64,000 nt of DNA from Acidobacteriota bacterium (lineage in GTDB: Bacteria > Acidobacteriota > UBA6911 > RPQK01 > JAJDTT01): positions 372,848 through 436,847 of the forward strand of contig CBDCUP010000010.1 of NCBI GenBank assembly GCA_965222655.1. Direction: 5' to 3'. Shown here in pieces: positions 58,382 through 64,000 of the stretch (positions are counted from its first letter, which is position 1; every line of letters begins with the position of its first letter). Position numbers and translations under genes: made by a program. Under the pieces are notes generated by a model, which saw only the letters and a program-made list of their open reading frames with translations, did no database searches and had not been told where the DNA came from.

Positions 58382-59352
58382 CCGATTTCCTCCGGAAGCA
58401 GAACCCGTACGCGTTTGTTCCCAATCACCTGGACCCTCAGAAGCTGTTGACTATCCAGGTTCTCAACCTGGATCGTGTCTCCGAGAGTCCCTCCATCCCG
58501 CGCCTTGCCCTGTGTGCTGACGCGAAAGCCTCGCCCCTGGGCAATGATGGTCACCAGATCGTTTCTCGCTACCAGTTGCGGAACTTTGAGGTGCCTTGTG
58601 CCCAGCACCTGCCCCTCAGGAAGGTCGCGCTTGGCAACCAGGTTCACGACCTGGTCAGTACGAGTGTAGAACGACCCTAAGCGATTGAAGCTTCGTTCCT
58701 CCAGATGAAGATCTGAAGCCTGGAGTCTATGGCCGAACGCGACAGGACGAGCGAGCACTAGAACACGGGCCTGGGCCGAGGCATAGATCCTCGCCCACTG
58801 ACTCTTGATGAGTGTCCCGTCGACGATGAAATCCAGTTTCAGAGTGAGACCATCCAAGCGGTTTACGGGGTTGGGCAGACGCACCCGGACCTGTAAATCT
58901 CCTCGTGGAAGGACCACGTCCTGAGGCACATCGATTCTCATGAGGTCGAAGGTCACGTCCGACCGATGGTCTTCAAACGCTTCCCGCACCGCTCCCTCGA
59001 TTACCGACCGACCCACTACCTGGCTTTGACGAGTGATGAGAATCCGTTCCGGCATTTGCAGACGGATGTCTCGCAGATCGACGGCCCCTTTCTTTAGCTG
59101 GTGTACCAGATAGGTCTTTTCCAGCCAGCGGTAGTGACCAGGATAGGGAGAGTAGCCGAGGGGAAACCCGCTGAGCTGATCGGACGGCGGCTCTATCCGG
59201 GCGATGTCGCCCAGGGAAATGCTCTCGGTGCTGACCTCGACTCGCTCTGGAATACGTACTGTCTGGCCCATGCCCAGGGATAGCAGACTGCCCAGGACCC
59301 AGAGCGAGGGCAAGGTGCGCAAAAATGACGAAAACGTCAGAATTCGGGTCAT
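58378..59352 (-). CDS. flgA: P-ring formation chaperone
   Basis: C-terminal SAF-like LVARNDLVTI...GKARDGGTLGDTIQVENLDS. ATG at 59352. Confidence 0.85.
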   Translation of the reverse strand: MTRILTFSSFLRTLPSLWVLGSLLSLGMGQTVRIPERVEVSTESISLGDIARIEPPSDQLSGFPLGYSPYPGHYRWLEKTYLVHQLKKGAVDLRDIRLQMPERILITRQSQVVGRSVIEGAVREAFEDHRSDVTFDLMRIDVPQDVVLPRGDLQVRVRLPNPVNRLDGLTLKLDFIVDGTLIKSQWARIYASAQARVLVLARPVAFGHRLQASDLHLEERSFNRLGSFYTRTDQVVNLVAKRDLPEGQVLGTRHLKVPQLVARNDLVTIIAQGRGFRVSTQGKARDGGTLGDTIQVENLDSQQLLRVQVIGNKRVRVLLPEEIG

Positions 59353-59359
59353 CGTAATA

Positions 59360-60148
59360 CTATCTCGTGAGGTTGTTGACCTGCTCGTACATCTCATCTG
59401 CCGAGCGGACTACTCTCGAACTCGTTTCGTAAGCGCGCTGGCTCACGATGAGATTGATCATCTCCTCAACGATGTTCACATTGGACTGTTCAAGAAACCC
59501 CTGATTCAATCTTCCCAGGCCGTTTTCGCTGGGTGCTCCGGTGACGGGATCTCCGCTGGCGGTGGTGGGAAGAAAGAGATTCTTGCCAATGCTGTCCAAC
59601 CCGGCAGGATTCGCAAAGCTCGCGATCTCGATCCGGCCCACCTGCTGGGCATTGTTCTGGCCCGGCAGACTGACGGATATGGTTCCGTCTTCAGCGATCG
59701 CAATCTTGGAGCCTTCCTGAGGAATGGAGATCTGGGGTTCGAGAGGGTCGCCGGAGGCAGTCACCAGATTGCCTTCGCGATTCAGATGAAAAGCGCCTGC
59801 TCGACTGAAAGCAATCTGTCCATCTGGCATCCTGACCTGGAAGAAACCCCGACCTGCGATCACGACGTCCAGTTGGTTACCTGTTGCCACAAAATCACCC
59901 TGAGTGAAGATGATTTCGTTGGAAACCGCTTGGGTACCCAGGCCGATTTGCAGACCCGTGGGAATTTCCGTTGAGGAAGAGGCATTGCTCCCAGGAGCGA
60001 TCAGGTTCTGATAAAGCAAATCCTGGAACTGGGTGCGCCTCTGCTTGAAGCCGGTCGTGTTCACATTGGCAATATTGTGGGCAATATTGTCGATATTGAT
60101 CTGCAATGCTTCCATCCCGGTGGCAGCGGTATAAAGTGCCCTTAGCAT
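59360..60148 (-). CDS. flgG: Distal rod protein
   Basis: MLRALYTAATGM, NIANVNTTGFK, FQDLLYQ, TGNQLD, SRAG.F, LEQSNVNIVEEM. Confidence 0.95.
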   Translation of the reverse strand: MLRALYTAATGMEALQINIDNIAHNIANVNTTGFKQRRTQFQDLLYQNLIAPGSNASSSTEIPTGLQIGLGTQAVSNEIIFTQGDFVATGNQLDVVIAGRGFFQVRMPDGQIAFSRAGAFHLNREGNLVTASGDPLEPQISIPQEGSKIAIAEDGTISVSLPGQNNAQQVGRIEIASFANPAGLDSIGKNLFLPTTASGDPVTGAPSENGLGRLNQGFLEQSNVNIVEEMINLIVSQRAYETSSRVVRSADEMYEQVNNLTR

Positions 60149-60171
60149 TAGAATCCTCCAATTAAGACCAG

Positions 60172-60921
60172 TTATAAGCGACCTACGTCATCCAAGACCC
60201 TGCGGTCCACAACGTCAGTGAGAGATCGAGTCACTCGATTCAACATTTCGAAGCTGCGCATGATCGAGATCATATCGGCCAAGCCTGCAATCGGGTTCAC
60301 GTTGGACTGCTCCAGGAATCCCTGCATTACCCTGATCTCACTGGGAGTCGACTTGACAGCCCCGCTACCAGCCACGAACAAACTTCCACCGATGCTGGCC
60401 AGATGGCGGGTGTCCTTGAAGGCAGAGATCCTCAGCTTTCCTACCTGAGCCCCATCCACACTGACTTCTCCGGCGCTTGAGATCTCAATGGCTCCCTGGG
60501 GAAGCACGAGTCTGGCTTTCTCCCCGGGTCTGGTCCCCACCTTCAACAAGGGATAGCCGTCTCCGGATACGAGTTCGTTACGCGGGTTGATGCGAAAGCT
60601 GCCGTTCCGGGAATAGCCGAGGCCATTGGGAGTATCTACCGTGAAGAATCCGTTCCCTGACAGGGCCACGTGCAGCGGGTTATCCGTCTTGAGTAGTTCT
60701 CCGGGACTCATGTCGACAGCAGTTGTAATCGTCACCAGCGGGCCGTTTGTGGCTCTCTCGAGTTCGGTAGTTCCTTCAGGCAGATTACTGACATTGGTAA
60801 ACGCAATCAGTTGCTTCTTGAACCCGGGTGACTGCAGGTTGGACGAGTTGTTGGACGCGACATCCAACGCCCTGGCTCTGCTGTTTAGTCCTGTAAAGGC
60901 CATGAACAAGCTATTGCTCAT
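60172..60921 (-). CDS. flgF: Flagellar rod protein
   Basis: NSSNLQSPGFKK, TDNPLHVAL.G.GFF, YSRNGSF, LEQSNVN. ATG at 60921. Confidence 0.85.
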   Translation of the reverse strand: MSNSLFMAFTGLNSRARALDVASNNSSNLQSPGFKKQLIAFTNVSNLPEGTTELERATNGPLVTITTAVDMSPGELLKTDNPLHVALSGNGFFTVDTPNGLGYSRNGSFRINPRNELVSGDGYPLLKVGTRPGEKARLVLPQGAIEISSAGEVSVDGAQVGKLRISAFKDTRHLASIGGSLFVAGSGAVKSTPSEIRVMQGFLEQSNVNPIAGLADMISIMRSFEMLNRVTRSLTDVVDRRVLDDVGRL

Positions 60922-60956
60922 AATTCTCCTTCGTGAAGGCACGACTCAGATAGACA

Positions 60957-60972
60957 AGCAAATCTGGTGCCA
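60957..60972 (-). promoter_or_regulatory. sigma54 promoter of the flgF operon
   Basis: Minus strand TGGCAC-CAGAT-TTGCT, 35 nt upstream of flgF. Confidence 0.78.
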
Positions 60973-61031
60973 ACCGCTGCCAAGTGAGTTTTTCCGGGCC
61001 GAATTTTTCAGACCCGGTCGCAGCCGAGTGC

Positions 61032-61047
61032 CGCAAGAGAGGTGCCA
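61032..61047 (-). promoter_or_regulatory. Second sigma54-like site upstream of flgF
   Basis: Minus strand TGGCAC-CTCTC-TTGCG. Confidence 0.5.
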
Positions 61048-61119
61048 ACAAGCACTGCCACTGAGAGTAACGCAGGAGACGCCGGTGTTTGTCTCTTTGT
61101 GTGAGCATGATATTTGGGT

Positions 61120-61992
61120 CTAGGCTTCGACGATAGCAGTGGGCACTTCTTGCCCAATCGTCCCGGCAAACTTCTCCTGCGAGCGTTCGATAAACAGATC
61201 AAACCAGTGACTGCGCCGAACGTATCTGCACCAAAGACTCTGCCCCAGAGATTCGATTCGCAGCTCTCGGGCACCGAATTCTCTCAAACGGGAAACCACC
61301 TCGCCCAGAATCTCTCGGGGACGAGCGGTCTCGAAATGCAAGATCTTGCTTGATGAATCCTTGTGGGCTTTAAGAAACTTCTGCAACCCCTTCTCGATGT
61401 TGTCATCGCTTGCCAGAAAGGCGTGCACGGAACAATCGAGCATCTTCCGCAGCATATGAACCACAGATACTGGATTGTTTGCGGCCGTGACGACTACCAG
61501 AGAGCCAGCAGTCTTGTTGTACTCGAGAGGAAGCATCCGGAGCTCGAGATAGAGTCTCTTGGGAACTCGATCGAGAAGATTTCCGCTCAAGTCCGGTTTG
61601 ATTTCGTCTATCCAGGGAAAGCCTAGTTGTTGGCTCAGAGTTGCCGTCAGCTCTCGTGAACTGACGAAATTAAGACGAGTCAGCCACTCTCCGGTGCTGC
61701 CACCTTGTTGAGCCTGCTTTCCAAGCGCGGCCTCCAACTGATCTTTGGTGATGACCCCCTTCTCCACCAAAATGTACCCGAGTCGGGACTTTCTGATATC
61801 CAGAGGCTCCTGCTCAGAACCTTCCCAGAACCGCTGGATGGCCGGCAGGATCGCTCCTTCAAGGCACTCTATAGAGCAATACCATTGGCGCTCCCAGTGA
61901 ACGCCCTGACGCACGACCGGTTGGAGCCATTGACGCAAGAGGCTCTCCCTCTGGTCGCACAATAGGTTACTGCAGGGTACGGCCTTCATCAT
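61120..61992 (-). CDS. Stand-alone MshEN (GspE/PilB N-terminal) domain protein without ATPase
   Basis: RLGYILVEKGVITKDQLEAALGKQ fits the 24-residue MshEN motif; N-terminal CSNLLC...WYCSIEC; no Walker A. Confidence 0.78.
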   Translation of the reverse strand: MMKAVPCSNLLCDQRESLLRQWLQPVVRQGVHWERQWYCSIECLEGAILPAIQRFWEGSEQEPLDIRKSRLGYILVEKGVITKDQLEAALGKQAQQGGSTGEWLTRLNFVSSRELTATLSQQLGFPWIDEIKPDLSGNLLDRVPKRLYLELRMLPLEYNKTAGSLVVVTAANNPVSVVHMLRKMLDCSVHAFLASDDNIEKGLQKFLKAHKDSSSKILHFETARPREILGEVVSRLREFGARELRIESLGQSLWCRYVRRSHWFDLFIERSQEKFAGTIGQEVPTAIVEA

Positions 61993-62461
61993 TAATTCCC
62001 TGTTCTGCGAAATGTCTTTGTAGACCCAGGACCAATTCGGTTTCACCCCTTCGGAGACCCAACTTTTGCGAGATCTCCCCCGAGGTGAGTCCCCTTTCAG
62101 CCAGTGACAGGACGTGGTGTTTCTTGTCCAGTCCGGTGGGAAGAAAGTCTTCCGAAGTATTTGAGGGTGCTGCTTGTCCCAGACCGATTCTTCCGAGGGT
62201 GACCTGGAGGGCCTTGAGCTTCTCGGCGTGGGTCTTCTCGAGAGATCCCAACCTCGCTTCCAACTTGGACTCAGCCATCTCGCGAATCTCCTTCAGGTCA
62301 GTCAAGAGCCGACTGATCTCTGTCTGATCTCTTCTGATAGAAATGCAAACAAGAAGGAGTGCAAAGAAGAATGCGAGCAGCAGATAGGGAATAGCGATTG
62401 AGGTTGCTTCAATCGAGATGACGTCCGCCAGGGTTGCCCAGATCTGCGCCAGATATCTCAT
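61967..62461 (-). CDS. Membrane-anchored coiled-coil protein with C-terminal HTH-like motif (flagellar locus hypothetical)
   Basis: N-terminal TM; VLSLAERGLTSGEISQKLGLRRGETELVL. Confidence 0.7.
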   Translation of the reverse strand: MRYLAQIWATLADVISIEATSIAIPYLLLAFFFALLLVCISIRRDQTEISRLLTDLKEIREMAESKLEARLGSLEKTHAEKLKALQVTLGRIGLGQAAPSNTSEDFLPTGLDKKHHVLSLAERGLTSGEISQKLGLRRGETELVLGLQRHFAEQGINDEGRTLQ

Positions 62462-63081
62462 TGCGAATCTCCTAGCGAAGCGATTCGCGCAGCCGGGGTG
62501 TCGATCTCAGTGATTTGGATCCCGTAGTATCCATCGATTGAGACGATCTTTCCCCGCGCGAACATCTTTTCATTGACCTTCAAGACCGCTGGCTCGTCTG
62601 GAGCCTGGTCCAGGGCCAGCACCGATCCAGAGGTCAACGTCAAGATGTCCTTCAACGGAAGGCAGGTCGATCCGAAGCTAACCGTGAGGGGCAGCTCGAT
62701 GTCCAGAATACGCCGCACCACAGCTGGGTATTCCTGGGTCGACTTCACTTTCTCTGGCGGCCTGGTCGGAGTGACATCTTCAGCCGGAACCTTCTCGGAC
62801 GCTATGGTCGCGGCCGGCTCACTCTGAGCGACGTCTTCAGCCGGAACCTTCTCGGACGCTATTGTCGCGGCTGGCTCACTCCGAGCGACGTCTTCACCCG
62901 GAGCCTTCTCGGACGCTATGGTCGCGGCCGGCTCACTCTGAGCGACGTCTTCACCCGGAGCCTTCTCAGACGCTATTGTCGCGGCTGACGCACTCTGGGT
63001 GACATCTTCATCTGGAGCCTCTGCAGGAGGAGCCGTAGAGGCGGCTTCGTCCTGATCTTGGGGCATCTCTGGTTCGGTCAT
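62458..63081 (-). CDS. fliN: Flagellar motor switch protein with repeat-expanded N-terminus
   Basis: C-terminal SpoA domain ILDIELPLTVSFG...LTSGSVLALD...FARGKIVSIDGYYGIQITEI. Confidence 0.88.
   Translation of the reverse strand: MTEPEMPQDQDEAASTAPPAEAPDEDVTQSASAATIASEKAPGEDVAQSEPAATIASEKAPGEDVARSEPAATIASEKVPAEDVAQSEPAATIASEKVPAEDVTPTRPPEKVKSTQEYPAVVRRILDIELPLTVSFGSTCLPLKDILTLTSGSVLALDQAPDEPAVLKVNEKMFARGKIVSIDGYYGIQITEIDTPAARIASLGDSQ
62771..63010 (-). repeat. 57-bp (19-aa) tandem repeat, about 4.2 copies, in fliN
   Basis: Units start at 62771, 62828, 62885, 62942, 62999; peptide unit EDVAQSEPAATIASEK(A/V)P(G/A). Confidence 0.95.
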
Positions 63082-63091
63082 GAGTTCTCCT

Positions 63092-64000
63092 CTATACGAT
63101 CTGAATCGCTTTTCGATGCTCGGAAATCACGATCTTCGCCGCGAACTTGTTGGCGTTGTTCAGGGACACTTCCAGGGGCGCCTCCAAACGGTGCTCCAAC
63201 CGGACGACGTCCCCAGCCTTCAGGTCCAGGATCTCTTTCACGCGCAACGGAGTCTGGCTGATTCGAGCCTCGATCCAGGTGGGTAGGTCAGGCACGACTT
63301 TATTCATTTTCAGGATCTGCTCCGCCAGGTCTGGCGGGGGTATCTTGTCTTCCTGGAGGCCCGGAGACAGAGACTCCAGAAAGGGCTCGGGGAATCCCCA
63401 GTAGACGTGACCTACGACCGAACCCACCGTCATCTTCATCCGAACGAAAAATATCGGCTGCGTCGCGCTATAGAACTGGAGGAGCCTGGGCCGTGTCTCG
63501 CGGGAGTCAATGCTCGTCTCAAGCTTGACCAGGTAGCTCCATGCGGTCTCCAACTCGTTTCGCAGGAGGTCCACCACAGATTCAAAGACACTCTGCTCGA
63601 GGTCGGTCACTGTGTGCTCACTCTCAAGCGGGGTGGGCTGTCCCCCCATGAGAATCGAAATGATGGCGTGAACGATTTCACTTTCGATGCAGAGACCGAC
63701 ACGAAGCTCGCCAGGTTGAATTCGCAGGTACCACATCGAGGATGGTTCCGGCAGCGAGTGGGTGAACTGCCGATAACTGAGCATGTTCACTCCGAGGAAC
63801 TTCAAGCCCACAAAGGTGCGCAGGACCGTCGACAGCGCCGACGCCGTCTTGTGGGCGAAGGTGTCGCACCCTATACCCAAGATACCGACGACTTCCTGAG
63901 ACAGGCTCCCGGTTTGCGCCAGGGGAAACAGGTTCTGATCTTCGCCCACACTGAGTTCGGCCGACTCCTCATCATCTTCGACTTGATGGGGGGAGTGAAC
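63092..64000 (-). CDS. fliM: Flagellar motor switch protein (5'-partial, runs off the window)
   Basis: SYRQFTHSLPEP, LMGG, TDLEQ, SRETRPRLLQ, C-terminal ILDLKAGDVVRLE; frame stays open to 64000. Confidence 0.88.
   Translation of the reverse strand, partial: VHSPHQVEDDEESAELSVGEDQNLFPLAQTGSLSQEVVGILGIGCDTFAHKTASALSTVLRTFVGLKFLGVNMLSYRQFTHSLPEPSSMWYLRIQPGELRVGLCIESEIVHAIISILMGGQPTPLESEHTVTDLEQSVFESVVDLLRNELETAWSYLVKLETSIDSRETRPRLLQFYSATQPIFFVRMKMTVGSVVGHVYWGFPEPFLESLSPGLQEDKIPPPDLAEQILKMNKVVPDLPTWIEARISQTPLRVKEILDLKAGDVVRLEHRLEAPLEVSLNNANKFAAKIVISEHRKAIQIV

Overview
Bacterial chromosomal window, roughly 60% GC by eye. Acidobacteriota-like is an inference only, from the kinase/PD40 C-terminal fragment, the DUF1501/DUF1553 pair and a stand-alone MshEN protein. 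1-18.5 kb holds transport and metabolic genes: class I aminotransferase, RND pump, Ehu-type ectoine ABC transporter, Na+/solute symporter, CMD-family protein, DUF1501+DUF1549/1553 and an amidohydrolase. 18.9-64 kb is a large flagellar locus in two convergent halves: motA, HD-GYP regulator, fliC-flaG-fliD-fliS on +, and fliM-fliN...flgFGAHIJ-flgM-flgN-flgKL-fliW-csrA on -. Between them lies a sigma54-type-promoter-led flagellin-glycosylation island (maf, pseB, pseC, pseI-pseF fusion, class III aminotransferase, pseG, GT2, radical SAM, GH57-like). The island is hit by five insertions whose junctions can be read exactly: IS256 in maf, two copies of a 317-bp MITE (in pseB and in a radical SAM gene), and IS1380 nested inside IS1182. 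The structural flagellar genes look intact. Other highlights: (1) a group IIC intron inserted into one arm of a perfect 38-bp inverted repeat, with non-canonical ends (GCGUG...AG) and an apparently compensatory J2/3 change; (2) an IS4-family element with a DUF4338-like N-terminus, an A9 -1 frameshift and a triplicated target; (3) two unrelated MITEs that share a covarying hairpin core; (4) several REP/REPIN-like families. No CRISPR, rRNA or tRNA was found. All family assignments are from motif recognition by eye; no database search was run.
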